From: a virus
Taxonomy: Duplodnaviria > Caudoviricetes
Virus record (IMG/VR): IMGVR_UViG_3300032212_000048
Span: 1-41,468 of that record
Reading direction: 5' to 3' (one strand)
DNA length: 41,468 nt
Part shown: positions 7,704-16,862 of the stretch, piece after piece
Layout of the letters: the number at the start of each line of letters is the position of its first letter
Numbering within the stretch: the first letter of the stretch is position 1
The notes under the pieces: generated by a model
Seen by the model: the letters and a program-made list of their open reading frames with translations, nothing else
Database searches by the model: none
What the model was told of the DNA's origin: nothing
Program-made: the position numbers and the translations under genes

Positions 7704-8319
7704 TCCTCAGGATAAACCGGCTTGGATCAAAAAAAGATCTGGCAAGATAACCGCGTCTCGCATTGGCGACATTGCGCGGCGCATGAAGAACGGCAAGCCT
7801 TATCAGACTTGGGAAAACTACGTTTATGAGGTTCTGACAGAACGCCTTGCGAGGCAAGCAACAGAGCATTTCGTAAGCGCGCCTATGCAGTGGGGGCTTG
7901 ATCAGGAAGCTAACGCGGTTGCCTATTACGAGTTTGAAAAGGGCGTAGAGTGCGCGTTTAGCGACTTTGTGGATCATCCAAGCCTTGAAATGTCCGGCGC
8001 ATCCCCTGATCGATTGGTTGGCAAGGACGGCCTGTTAGAGGTCAAATGCCCGATTACGCGCAACCACATTAGCTTTCTGCTGGATGGCAGCATTGAAAAC
8101 CTCGGGGCCAATTACCCTTGGCAGATCCAATGGCAGCTTGATTGCACGGCCCGTGATTGGTGCGACTTCATGTGTTTTGACCCGCGCTTGCCTGTGCACC
8201 TGCAGGCAAAGATTGTCCGGGTTGAGCGTGATGACGAAATGATTCGCGAAGCCCGCGAGGCTGTGGCTGAAGCGCTGGCGCATATTGCGGAGCTTGAGAA
8301 AAAGCTGGGAGCGGTTTGA
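7696..8319 (+). CDS. YqaJ / lambda-exonuclease family 5'-3' exonuclease
   Basis: RSGKITASRI, MQWGLDQE, GASPDRLV..DGLLEVKCP, QIQWQL..T.RDWCDF. Confidence 0.92.
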   Translation: MLNPQDKPAWIKKRSGKITASRIGDIARRMKNGKPYQTWENYVYEVLTERLARQATEHFVSAPMQWGLDQEANAVAYYEFEKGVECAFSDFVDHPSLEMSGASPDRLVGKDGLLEVKCPITRNHISFLLDGSIENLGANYPWQIQWQLDCTARDWCDFMCFDPRLPVHLQAKIVRVERDDEMIREAREAVAEALAHIAELEKKLGAV

Positions 8320-8795
8320 TGGACCTACTCAAAGAGATAGACGCAATTCGCGGTGAGATGCGGGGCGTGTCTGGCGCCGCGGTTTTTGTCGAGGTGAATG
8401 CGGACGTATTGCGCGCCCTGTGCAATGCCGCAGAAAGCCACCTGCAACCGGATCTGTTCGCGGTGCCTCACCAGAAGACAAGCGCGACCAGTGCGGAGGC
8501 TGCGGACAAGTGGCGCCCGAAGGCGAAGACTAACGGCATGATAGCGCTATACTGTGTTGCTCGTCGGTCTGGCGTTACCCGTGAACAGCTTTGCAAGTTT
8601 ACTGGCATGCTCAACCAAACCGCTTCTGGGCGGCTAAACGTCCTGAAAACCGCCGGCCTGATCAGAGCGGACGGCAAGCGCGAAGCCTCGACAGGCTTTA
8701 ACCAGGAAGTATACTATTTAACGCAGCGTGGGGCTGATTTCCTTAACCAGGTAGGGGCTGAAAATGGTGAAGATGTTAAATACAAAGCGGCATAA
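8319..8795 (+). CDS. Winged-HTH DNA-binding protein
   Basis: GVTREQLCKFTGMLNQTASGRLNVLKTAGLI...VYYLTQRG. Confidence 0.75.
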   Translation: MDLLKEIDAIRGEMRGVSGAAVFVEVNADVLRALCNAAESHLQPDLFAVPHQKTSATSAEAADKWRPKAKTNGMIALYCVARRSGVTREQLCKFTGMLNQTASGRLNVLKTAGLIRADGKREASTGFNQEVYYLTQRGADFLNQVGAENGEDVKYKAA

Positions 8796-8879
8796 TCCGT
8801 GGCTCGTGGCGTTCATGGCCTATGGGCCGTGGGTGCTGGCGGCAGTCGGAATCTTCCTGGCTGCGGGAGGGGTGGAGTG

Positions 8880-9179
8880 ATGCTCAAATGGTTCCAATCA
8901 GCGAAAAAGAAATGCGAGCGCCTTGGGCATAACCGAGTTGTTCGCGTTTATCGAGCTTACACTCAAGAGGTTCCTTCGTCGTGGTATGGCGGCGTTGTCG
9001 GGCGCGGGACGGTGACTCTCACCGTTTGCAAGCGGTGCAAGAAAGTCCTGTCAGATCCCATCATTGATCCGCAGGAAGCAATCAACTCATTCAGCGCGCC
9101 GACTCGGGTATTCGATGACATACGTGAGCGCGGCTTTCACTTAAAGGAAATGATTTCCGAGGAGCCCGCCAATGACTAA
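8880..9179 (+). CDS. Hypothetical Cys/His protein (DUF1660-like)
   Basis: GGAG upstream; CERLGH...CKRC. Confidence 0.65.
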   Translation: MLKWFQSAKKKCERLGHNRVVRVYRAYTQEVPSSWYGGVVGRGTVTLTVCKRCKKVLSDPIIDPQEAINSFSAPTRVFDDIRERGFHLKEMISEEPAND

Positions 9180-9381
9180 CACAATCGAAAAAGCCAAGTG
9201 TTTCTTATTCGGGCATGGCTACGATGTTTATTACGAGATTTGGCAAGATCCTCCGTTTCAGGAAACGAAATGCGCAAGGCGGACGGTTTGTCCCCGGTGC
9301 AAAAAGATTCTCAAATCAGAAAAAGCAAGCAAGGTGGATTGGCTGCAATGGAAGAAGACGCATGAACGTTTTGCTGGATGA
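9172..9381 (+). CDS. Hypothetical Cys/His protein (DUF1660-like)
   Basis: GAGGAG RBS; KCFLFGH...CPRC. Confidence 0.7.
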   Translation: MTNTIEKAKCFLFGHGYDVYYEIWQDPPFQETKCARRTVCPRCKKILKSEKASKVDWLQWKKTHERFAG

Positions 9382-9670
9382 CCTAATCCGGGCCGCAGAG
9401 CGCGAGGCTTCCCATCGCAAAACCATTTACAAAAGGCTGCGCGTCCATGACCATGTGTCCGATGATTACGCAGATAACCGCATTGGCGAAATGGTTCATA
9501 TCGCGCAGGCGCTACAATGTCTCAAAGCAAAGGGCGTTGAAGCAATTCAGGGCGATTGCCAAAGACCCGCGCAAGACAGCGAGAAAAGTGCTATACCAAA
9601 CGCTCACAAGCCAAAGACACGCCGACGCAATGGCGCGAATAGGCAAAAACAGGCTGGAAGTCCCGCATGA
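9362..9670 (+). CDS. Phage hypothetical protein
   Basis: MNVLLDDLIRAAEREASHRKTIY...; fits operon tiling; start uncertain. Confidence 0.55.
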   Translation: MNVLLDDLIRAAEREASHRKTIYKRLRVHDHVSDDYADNRIGEMVHIAQALQCLKAKGVEAIQGDCQRPAQDSEKSAIPNAHKPKTRRRNGANRQKQAGSPA

Positions 9671-9825
9671 CCATGATGCACCGTAACCCCGCAAGAATGC
9701 TCGATGACCGCGCTAAAGCCCTGAAGGCAGAGCGCAAGCTTGCTTATACGCAGGGTATATGGCTCGGACTGTGGGCAGGCGTTCTAGGCACTAATGCCGT
9801 TTGGATTCTAGTAGCGGTAGTGTAG
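9667..9825 (+). CDS. Small C-terminally anchored membrane protein (52 aa)
   Basis: Not in the ORF track; ATGA overlap; ends GIWLGLWAGVLGTNAVWILVAVV. Confidence 0.6.
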   Translation: MTMMHRNPARMLDDRAKALKAERKLAYTQGIWLGLWAGVLGTNAVWILVAVV

Positions 9826-9833
9826 GGGCGGGC

Positions 9834-10217
9834 ATGTCCAAAAAGATTAGCGCAGATACGCAAAAAAAAATAGACTTGGTGTTAAAGCTTATGACTGACG
9901 GACTTTCTGTCAAACAGGCTTGCGCAAAGAAAGACACGTGTTCCGAGGCTACGTTTCATAACTGGTTGCGGGGAGACGATGAAAAAGGCGAGCGCCTGAA
10001 GCGTTACGCGCGCGCACGCGAGGGGCGAGCTGACTCTATTTTCGAGGAAGTGGTGGAAATTGCGGATAATGTCGAAGAGGACAAGAACGCAATTGCTAAA
10101 GCACGGCTTAAGATTGATACGCGCTGGAAGTACCTAGCTAAGCTGGCCCCCTCCAAATACGGTGACAAGCTCGACGTTGCGCACACTGGCGACATTGTTG
10201 TTGAGATCAAAAAATAG
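9834..10217 (+). CDS. terS: Terminase small subunit (Sf6 gp1-like)
   Basis: GLSVKQAC...TFHNWL...YARARE..AD.IFEE..EIAD...KARLKIDTRWK.LAKLAP.KYGDK. Confidence 0.88.
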   Translation: MSKKISADTQKKIDLVLKLMTDGLSVKQACAKKDTCSEATFHNWLRGDDEKGERLKRYARAREGRADSIFEEVVEIADNVEEDKNAIAKARLKIDTRWKYLAKLAPSKYGDKLDVAHTGDIVVEIKK

Positions 10218-10219
10218 GC

Positions 10220-10248
10220 TTGACACTGTGCCGCCTTGGGACTAGAGG
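10220..10248 (+). promoter_or_regulatory. Sigma70-like promoter heading the accessory cassette
   Basis: TTGACA-N17-TAGAGG immediately after the terS stop. Confidence 0.55.
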
Positions 10249-10269
10249 TGGTGCAAGAAAGGGCTTCAC

Positions 10270-10356
10270 ATGTTATCCTTTATTTTCGTGGTCCTTTGCC
10301 TCGCATGGCTGCTTATCGCGGCTGTGTGGGTGCCAACTCCAAGACAAGGAAGATAG
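10270..10356 (+). CDS. 28-aa membrane peptide
   Basis: Not in the ORF track. MLSFIFVVLCLAWLLIAAVWVPTPRQGR. AAAGGGCTTCAC upstream, as in front of the gene starting at 41182. Confidence 0.55.
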   Translation: MLSFIFVVLCLAWLLIAAVWVPTPRQGR

Positions 10357-10358
10357 AG

Positions 10359-10967
10359 ATGCCAACAGGTTACACATCAACACTCGCAGACGGTAAGCAG
10401 TCCGTCGCCGATTTCATCCAACATTGCGGGCGCGGAATGGGTTTTCTCGTGCGGATGCGAGATGACCCTTGGGACGCTCCTTTGCCGGATCAATGGGAGC
10501 CATCACCGCATTATACAAAGCGACTCGCAGAGCTTCGCGCCCGCAAAGAAGAGCTGAGCGCTTACACGGATGACGAATTAGAACAGGCTTGTGCCGCCTA
10601 TTATGCAGAGGAAAGCAAGTATCGCAAAGGGCGCATCGAGCAAAACGCCGCTCAGCTCGCACGTTACAATGAGATGTTGGAAAAGGTGCGTGCATGGAAT
10701 CCCGCGCACCCCGTCATGGTTTCAACTCGGGATTTTGCAATTGAACAACTTCAGAAAAGCATAGACTTTGATTGCAGTTATGAACCGGCTCCTGTTGAGC
10801 CGCTTAGCCCCGCAGAGTGGCGCTCTGAACAGTATGACGAGACTATCAGGAAGATCGAATACTACGCCGCTGAACAGGCGAAAGAGGTGGCCCGTATCGA
10901 GGGTCTGAACGAGGTTCTTGCGGTGTTCAAAGACGAGCTGCGCACCCTCGCCAGCAGACCCGAATAG
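10359..10967 (+). CDS. Phage hypothetical helical protein
   Basis: MPTGYT...F...C.R.MG..V.MRDDP; AAGGAAG upstream. Confidence 0.8.
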   Translation: MPTGYTSTLADGKQSVADFIQHCGRGMGFLVRMRDDPWDAPLPDQWEPSPHYTKRLAELRARKEELSAYTDDELEQACAAYYAEESKYRKGRIEQNAAQLARYNEMLEKVRAWNPAHPVMVSTRDFAIEQLQKSIDFDCSYEPAPVEPLSPAEWRSEQYDETIRKIEYYAAEQAKEVARIEGLNEVLAVFKDELRTLASRPE

Positions 10968-10982
10968 GGAAGGAGAGAGAAA

Positions 10983-11180
10983 GTGACAGAGCGCATTCAC
11001 ATTCGAAAGAAATCCGAGCGGACCAATAAACGTCCGGAAGACCTGACCAACGAAGAGGCTTTTGCCTGCGACTGGACGCGCGAATGCGAGGTCTGTGACG
11101 CCAAGCCTGTCGTGAACGCTACCGGGCTTTGTGGCCCCTGCACATGGGGCGAATCCGAAACCGCTGGCGGAAACTGGTGA
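10983..11180 (+). CDS. Small zinc-finger protein
   Basis: AAGGAG RBS, GTG start; CEVC...CGPC. Confidence 0.75.
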   Translation: MTERIHIRKKSERTNKRPEDLTNEEAFACDWTRECEVCDAKPVVNATGLCGPCTWGESETAGGNW

Positions 11181-11184
11181 CAGC

Positions 11185-11451
11185 CCGACTAACCAAGCAA
11201 GGCAGAGAGAGAACGATATGAGCAAGCGAAAATGTCCGAACTGCAACAAGTCGATTCAGGGCCATCCGAACAAGAAGTTCTGCAACAGCCGATGCAAAGA
11301 TCGTTACTGGAACCGAGTCAACCCTAGGGGCTTTGCTGGCCGCGACCCTTGGGACGATGACACCGCCCGCGACATGGAAGACGCCCACCCTTTCAGTTCA
11401 GAGGGTCTCGGGCAGTGGGCCGACTAACCAAACAAGGCAGAGAGAGAACGA
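11185..11451 (+). repeat. 32-bp direct repeats flanking one gene (11185-11216, 11420-11451)
   Basis: CCGACTAACCAA(G/A)CAAGGCAGAGAGAGAACGA, 31/32 identical. Confidence 0.95.
11218..11427 (+). CDS. Small zinc-finger protein
   Basis: CPNC...KKFCNSRC. Confidence 0.75.
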   Translation: MSKRKCPNCNKSIQGHPNKKFCNSRCKDRYWNRVNPRGFAGRDPWDDDTARDMEDAHPFSSEGLGQWAD

Positions 11452-11454
11452 GAG

Positions 11455-11739
11455 ATGCAGACGATCGACGGAAGACCAGCGCCAATCAAAGATCAGATTT
11501 GGAAGCACACCAAGACCAGCAACACCTATGTCGTTGTCGGCACGGCTTTCAACACGATCACTGACCGGCTCGACGTGATGTACAAAGATCACATTCAGCA
11601 AAGCGAATACAACATGTTCACGCGCCAACTGTCGGGCACGGAAAAAGCCTTCCTATCAGAGAATGAGGACGGCTCACACCGCTTCATTCTGATCGCCCAC
11701 AATGCCGAACATTACATGGAGCGCTTCCTCAATGACTAA
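11455..11739 (+). CDS. Hypothetical protein (DUF1653-like SH3-type fold possible)
   Basis: IWKHTKTSNTYVVVG.A......V.Y...MFTR pattern. Confidence 0.65.
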   Translation: MQTIDGRPAPIKDQIWKHTKTSNTYVVVGTAFNTITDRLDVMYKDHIQQSEYNMFTRQLSGTEKAFLSENEDGSHRFILIAHNAEHYMERFLND

Positions 11740-12187
11740 CCTCCTCCCCCCAGAAACACTAGAGCAGATACAACGGCTGGCAGAGGCTGCGACTTCAACG
11801 CCGTGGCGAGAACGATCAGAGGATGAACACGTTGCAAACGGCGTGATTTATGGGCCTGACGACAGTGACGGCGATTACACCATTATCGGGTCGCTGAAGG
11901 GCCGCAAGAATTTTGGGTCATTTCACTGGAGCCAGTACAGCATTCCAACTGGTGCCCAAGGTGACGCCAATGCCGCCTTCATAGTCGCCCTCGTCAACGC
12001 TTGGCCTGCCCTACGGGATGAGGTGACACGGTTGCGGGGGGAGAACGAACGACTCCAAACGCAGCACATTGAAAATGGCAAAAAGAACGCTGTTCGCCTA
12101 GCCAATGCCCGCAAAGTCCTCGCCGCCAATCTCATAGAGGCAACTGGTGAAGACCGCACTGCCTCTCAGCTAACGGGAGAGTCTTGA
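11732..12187 (+). CDS. Ead/Ea22-like protein
   Basis: LAEAATSTPW...ANAAFIVALVNAWPAL..EV.RLR. Confidence 0.7.
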   Translation: MTNLLPPETLEQIQRLAEAATSTPWRERSEDEHVANGVIYGPDDSDGDYTIIGSLKGRKNFGSFHWSQYSIPTGAQGDANAAFIVALVNAWPALRDEVTRLRGENERLQTQHIENGKKNAVRLANARKVLAANLIEATGEDRTASQLTGES

Positions 12188-12418
12188 TGCGAGCGCTCAC
12201 TAAACGTGCATCGGAGTTCGATGAGATCGACCGATTGTTGGCCAACATTGAGAGCCGGATCGAGCAACTGGAGTCAAAGAATGAACTTGAGGAAATCCGC
12301 ATCTACCGAGCACGTCGCTCGGTCTTGCAGGCCCGGCGTGACATGCGCGCGTTTCTCCCATCGTGGCGGCTGCAGGAGACCGGCCAATGACTAATCTCAT
12401 AGAGGCAACTGGTGAAGA
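12128..12418 (+). repeat. 26-bp perfect direct repeats (12128-12153, 12393-12418)
   Basis: AATCTCATAGAGGCAACTGGTGAAGA. Confidence 0.95.
12187..12390 (+). CDS. Small coiled-coil hypothetical protein
   Basis: GGGAGAG upstream; TGATG overlap. Confidence 0.6.
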   Translation: MRALTKRASEFDEIDRLLANIESRIEQLESKNELEEIRIYRARRSVLQARRDMRAFLPSWRLQETGQ

Positions 12419-12430
12419 GGGGGAAGGGTG

Positions 12431-12745
12431 ATGGGCGTTAACGAACCGCAAGTCCGAAAAGCCCTTGGTATTCTGATGGCATCCTTGACGCCTGATGATC
12501 GCGACGAGGCGTCACCGGATTTTGGGTCACTGATCAAAGATGCGCGCAAAAAAAGTGGCATGTCTTTGCAGGCTGTGGCGGATGCCATGAAAAGCTCAAA
12601 GGCCCATCTCTGGGAGGTTGAGCAGGGCCGCACCAATTGTTCGACAAAGTTCGTGTGGGAGATTTGCAAAGTTCTCCCGATTGATCCGCTCGTTGCGCTT
12701 CAATCTGCGGCGCAATCTTACACAAGAAAAGGTGCATTCCAATGA
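12431..12745 (+). CDS. XRE-family HTH protein
   Basis: FGSLIKDARKKSGMSLQAVADAMKSSKAHLWEVEQGR. Confidence 0.85.
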   Translation: MGVNEPQVRKALGILMASLTPDDRDEASPDFGSLIKDARKKSGMSLQAVADAMKSSKAHLWEVEQGRTNCSTKFVWEICKVLPIDPLVALQSAAQSYTRKGAFQ

Positions 12746-13104
12746 CTAATCTCATCGAACGCCTAAAGCAGGCAGAGTGTGGTGATCTCGCAACGTATCG
12801 TCTCTCGCCCAAAATGACCGAGATGCTACTTCGAGCGTCGAAGTGCGAGCCGCGCCCCGTTGGGTTCTATTACGATCCTCGCCAGCACAAAGCCTGGAGC
12901 GCCATTGTAGGCCGCTGGATGCTCCCGACACGGCCAGCCATGTCGCTGCACGCCCTCAAAGATCGCGGGCTCGCAGAACGCAAATTCATCGGCTGGATAG
13001 GCCGCTGCTGGTTTCTCACAGATGACGGCATCCAAGTGCGCGCCCTACTCACCGCCAAGGCAGAACAGCCAATTTTCCGCCCTTCGGAGGATGTAAATGA
13101 CTGA
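12742..13104 (+). CDS. Hypothetical protein (possible winged helix)
   Basis: ATGA overlap; SLHALKDRGLAE...WFLTDDG. Confidence 0.65.
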   Translation: MTNLIERLKQAECGDLATYRLSPKMTEMLLRASKCEPRPVGFYYDPRQHKAWSAIVGRWMLPTRPAMSLHALKDRGLAERKFIGWIGRCWFLTDDGIQVRALLTAKAEQPIFRPSEDVND

Positions 13105-13167
13105 GCGCCTTGCTGATGCGAGCGCTTAGCCGTATCTTGCGCCCTGGCGACAAAATCAGGGGCTCAG

Positions 13168-14577
13168 ATGCTGGCGCAAAAGCAGAGAATCCAACTCCCT
13201 AACATTGGGTGGCGTCCGCGTGACTACCAAGGCCCACTCTGGGACGCGTGGATTAAGGAAGACTGCAAGCGCGTTATAGGAATTTGGCACCGCCGCGCGG
13301 GTAAGGATGACGTTTGCTTGCACGGCACGGCGATTAAAGCTCACGAGCGCGTTGCAAACTACTGGCATTGTCTCCCCGAGTATGCGCAAGCCCGTAAGGC
13401 CATTTGGGACGCTGTTAACCCTCACACGGGCATGCGCCGGATAGACGAGGCATTTCCCCGCGAGTTGATTGCAAGCCGCAATGACCAGGAAATGAAAATC
13501 CGGTTCAAGAATGGCGCGTCATGGCAGGTTATTGGCTCTGATCGCTATAACAGCCTGGTTGGCTCCGGTGTGGCCGGCGTCACGTTCTCCGAGTGGGCTC
13601 TGGCTAACCCTGCAGCGTGGGCCTACATTCGGCCTATGGTGGTTGAAAATAATGGCTGGGCGACGTTCATTACCACGCCGCGCGGTCAGAACCACGCTTA
13701 CACCATGTATGACAGGGGCCTGCACCGGGACAACTGGTTTAGCCAGAAGCTCGACGTTTACGAGACTGGCGCCGTTAAAAAGGCTGATTTGGTCGAGGCG
13801 CTTGAAGAGTACAAAGACATTTACGGCGAAGACTTCGGGACGGCGTTGTTTGAGCAGGAATACGAGTGCAGCTTTACCGCGGCTATCATGGGTGCGTTCT
13901 ACGCTATCGAACTGCGCAACGTGCGCGACGAAGGGCGCATTACCGAAGAGGCCGAGGCTGCACCGCTCTTGCCCGTTCACCGGGCTTGGGACATTGGCGT
14001 TAGCGACGATACGTCAATCTGGTGGTTCCAGGTGGTTGCCGGGCAGGTGGTTATTCTTGACTGCTACACGCATAGCGGCGCGGGCGTCGATCATTACCGC
14101 AAGATCTGTGACGAGAAGCGCGAAACACATGGCTGGATAGAGGGAACAGACTTCGTTCCACACGACGCCAAACAGCGCCAATGGGTGCTAGACGGCGCTG
14201 ATACGGTCATACAGGCTATGCTGAAATACAAGTTCAAGCCCGAGCTTTGCCCCGGTGTGTCTAAGCAGGCGGGCATCTCTGCAGCGCGTGAGACCCTGAA
14301 GCGTGCCGTCTTCCATCCGCGCTGCGATGCGGTGGGAATCCCTGCGCTAGAGAACTACCGCCGCGACTGGGATAACGACTTGAAGACGTTCAAAAAGAAC
14401 GAGGTTCACGACTGGGCAAGTCACCTCGCGGACGCTTTCCGTTACCTATCCCTTGTATGGAAGCCTTCACTTGCTGTAAAAGCGGTGACACAACAGCCGC
14501 GTGACCCGCTGGCTGGGGGCGTAATGTTACCACCTGTGCCAACGGGTAATAACTTTGGGAAAAGGCTGAAGCGATGA
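13168..14577 (+). CDS. terL: Terminase large subunit
   Basis: PRDYQ, WHRRAGKD (Walker A), TFSEW (Walker B), FITTPRG, WDIGVSDDT, PHDA, HDWASHLADAFRY. Confidence 0.95.
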   Translation: MLAQKQRIQLPNIGWRPRDYQGPLWDAWIKEDCKRVIGIWHRRAGKDDVCLHGTAIKAHERVANYWHCLPEYAQARKAIWDAVNPHTGMRRIDEAFPRELIASRNDQEMKIRFKNGASWQVIGSDRYNSLVGSGVAGVTFSEWALANPAAWAYIRPMVVENNGWATFITTPRGQNHAYTMYDRGLHRDNWFSQKLDVYETGAVKKADLVEALEEYKDIYGEDFGTALFEQEYECSFTAAIMGAFYAIELRNVRDEGRITEEAEAAPLLPVHRAWDIGVSDDTSIWWFQVVAGQVVILDCYTHSGAGVDHYRKICDEKRETHGWIEGTDFVPHDAKQRQWVLDGADTVIQAMLKYKFKPELCPGVSKQAGISAARETLKRAVFHPRCDAVGIPALENYRRDWDNDLKTFKKNEVHDWASHLADAFRYLSLVWKPSLAVKAVTQQPRDPLAGGVMLPPVPTGNNFGKRLKR

Positions 14578-16862
14578 ACCAGGAACAGGCGGACAAGCCG
14601 CTAGAAGACCGCAAAGACGACAATAACGACGCCAAGCCCTACCTTGCGTTGTTGGAGGCGGCGGAAAAGCAGGGCGTCCAGTGGAACCAGGCTTGCGACG
14701 CGGCAAGTAAAGCCTATGCCAACCTGAAAGATCTGCGCAACCTGGCGCAAGGCGATCCGGAGTTTCAGATCTTCTGGGCGAACATGGAGGTTATCAAGCC
14801 TTCCATCTATGCCCGCCCGCCTGTCCCGGTTGTGACCACGGCGTTCAAGGAGCGCGACAAGCTGGCCCGCACGGCGTCCGAAGTGGTTGAGCGCGTTCTT
14901 ATCGCCAACATGCGCAAGACAGATGGGCATAAACAGCTTTGCCTTGTCCGTGATGACCTCGCTTTGTTTGCCCGCGGCGTCTTGTGGGTCGATCACGACA
15001 AAGAGGCCTATGGTAGCGAGTGCGCGCCGTTCGTGCATTTGCTGCGCTCCAACTTCCTGCACGATCCGCAAGCCAACTGGCAGCTAGTGCAATGGGTGGC
15101 CCGAGCGGGTTACTTTACGATGGACGCGGCCAAAAAGCGCTTCAAAGGCCAGCATATCAATTGGGATGACGTTAAATTCGAGTCTGGCGACAATGATACG
15201 CCGGAAGGCTATGACGTAGAGAAGACGTGCAAGGTCTGGCAGATCTGGGACAAGCGCGCGAAAAAGGTCATCTGGGTTGCAGAGAACTATGAAACGATTC
15301 TTGAGCAAGGCCCGCCTAAGCTGAAGCTGCGCACGTTCTGGCCATGTCCGGAGCCTGCTTACGGCACGAAAGAGCCCGAAACCCTAACCAGCGTGCCGGA
15401 TTGGCTATTTTACGCAGACCAGGTTGAAGAGATTAACCGCTACACGCGGCGCATTAACAATCTTGTCGATCAGATCAAGCTGCAGGGCTTCTATGAGGCA
15501 GGCGCTGAAAACGTCGCTGCGGCACTGCAGCGTGTGCTTGATAGCAATGATGACAAGATACTGGTGCCGATTACCGGGCTTAACGCTATCGACGGGCGCA
15601 AAGACCTCGTGCAGTGGCTTCCGCTTGGCGAGGTTATCCAGGCTGTGCAGGCTATGGTTGAGATTCGCCAACAGCTTATTCAGGACATTTACGAGATTAC
15701 GGGCATTAGCGACATTATGCGCGGCCAGACGCAGGCAAGCGAGACGTTGGGCGCCCAAAAGCTCAAAACCCAGTACGGCAATGTGCGCATTCGCTCGCGG
15801 CAAGAAGAGATGGTGCGTATTGCCCACGAGGCGATAGAGATTGCCGCAGAGATTGCTGCAGAGAATTTCGACTTGCAGACCTTTATCGACATGACACGGG
15901 TAGAGCTGCCACGCGACGCAGAGCTGGCTAAAATCTACGCTGAACAATCCAAGATGATCGACGCACAGGCGCAGCAAGCCGCGCAAACCATGCGGGCACA
16001 GGCTATGCAGCAACAGGCGCAGCCGCCAGCACCTGGTCCGCAAGGCCTGTCGCCGCAGCCTCAACAGCCGCCCCCTGATCCGATTGCAGAGGCTCGCAAG
16101 TCCAAGGAACAATTGAAGGCGCAGCTTGACGAGCAGATAACGTGGGAAGATGTGCAAGAGTTCCTGCGGTCTGAAAAGCTGAACGCGTTCGCAATGGACA
16201 TTGAAACAGATTCCACGATCCAGGCCGACGAGCAGGCAGAAAAAGAGAACCGCACACAGTTTACCGCTGCCGTGGGGCAATTCCTGCAACAGGCGTCTGC
16301 GGTGATCGAGGCCGCGCCGGAAGCGGGGCCGCTGATTGGTGAGCTATTGCAGTTCTCTACCGCGCCTTGGCGTGTCGGTCGGCAGCTTGAAAGCACGATT
16401 GACGAGTTGGTAGAGCAAATGCGCTCTAAGGCAAAAGCCGCTGCAGAGGGTCAGGGCGGTCCATCGCCTGAGCAGATCCAAGCAGAGGCCGACGCCAAGT
16501 CACAGGCTGCAGAGGCAGAGGCCAAAAAGGCTGACGCCGCTGCCAAGGCGACACAGGAACAGAGCAAAGCGCAAGAGGAACAGTTCAAGCGCGAACAACA
16601 GGCCAAGGATAACGAGGCTAAGCGCATGGCGGACATGCAGGCCAAGGCCAAGGTTGCAGAGGCAGACGTTATGCGCGCAGAGCGCAAGGCCGCAGCTGAT
16701 GATGCCCGCGCTGAAGCAGAGCATACGCGCCGCTTGGAGAACCTCGCCGCAGAAGACGTGCGCGCGGCGGAGAAACATGCTAGAGAATTAGAACGAATGC
16801 ATGTAGACGCGGCCAACAAAGCGGCTGCAGAGGCAAACAAGGGGCGCGATAATGAGCGATAA
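14574..16862 (+). CDS. Portal protein
   Basis: Directly after terL; 762 aa; IYEITGISDIMRG...ETLGAQKLK motif; long helical C-terminal barrel region. Confidence 0.88.
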   Translation: MNQEQADKPLEDRKDDNNDAKPYLALLEAAEKQGVQWNQACDAASKAYANLKDLRNLAQGDPEFQIFWANMEVIKPSIYARPPVPVVTTAFKERDKLARTASEVVERVLIANMRKTDGHKQLCLVRDDLALFARGVLWVDHDKEAYGSECAPFVHLLRSNFLHDPQANWQLVQWVARAGYFTMDAAKKRFKGQHINWDDVKFESGDNDTPEGYDVEKTCKVWQIWDKRAKKVIWVAENYETILEQGPPKLKLRTFWPCPEPAYGTKEPETLTSVPDWLFYADQVEEINRYTRRINNLVDQIKLQGFYEAGAENVAAALQRVLDSNDDKILVPITGLNAIDGRKDLVQWLPLGEVIQAVQAMVEIRQQLIQDIYEITGISDIMRGQTQASETLGAQKLKTQYGNVRIRSRQEEMVRIAHEAIEIAAEIAAENFDLQTFIDMTRVELPRDAELAKIYAEQSKMIDAQAQQAAQTMRAQAMQQQAQPPAPGPQGLSPQPQQPPPDPIAEARKSKEQLKAQLDEQITWEDVQEFLRSEKLNAFAMDIETDSTIQADEQAEKENRTQFTAAVGQFLQQASAVIEAAPEAGPLIGELLQFSTAPWRVGRQLESTIDELVEQMRSKAKAAAEGQGGPSPEQIQAEADAKSQAAEAEAKKADAAAKATQEQSKAQEEQFKREQQAKDNEAKRMADMQAKAKVAEADVMRAERKAAADDARAEAEHTRRLENLAAEDVRAAEKHARELERMHVDAANKAAAEANKGRDNER

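Noticed and set aside
11185-11451. Mini-CRISPR or att sites from the 32-bp repeats
   Set aside because: There are only two copies, about 200 bp apart, enclosing a whole gene and containing stop and RBS signals. No integrase was found.
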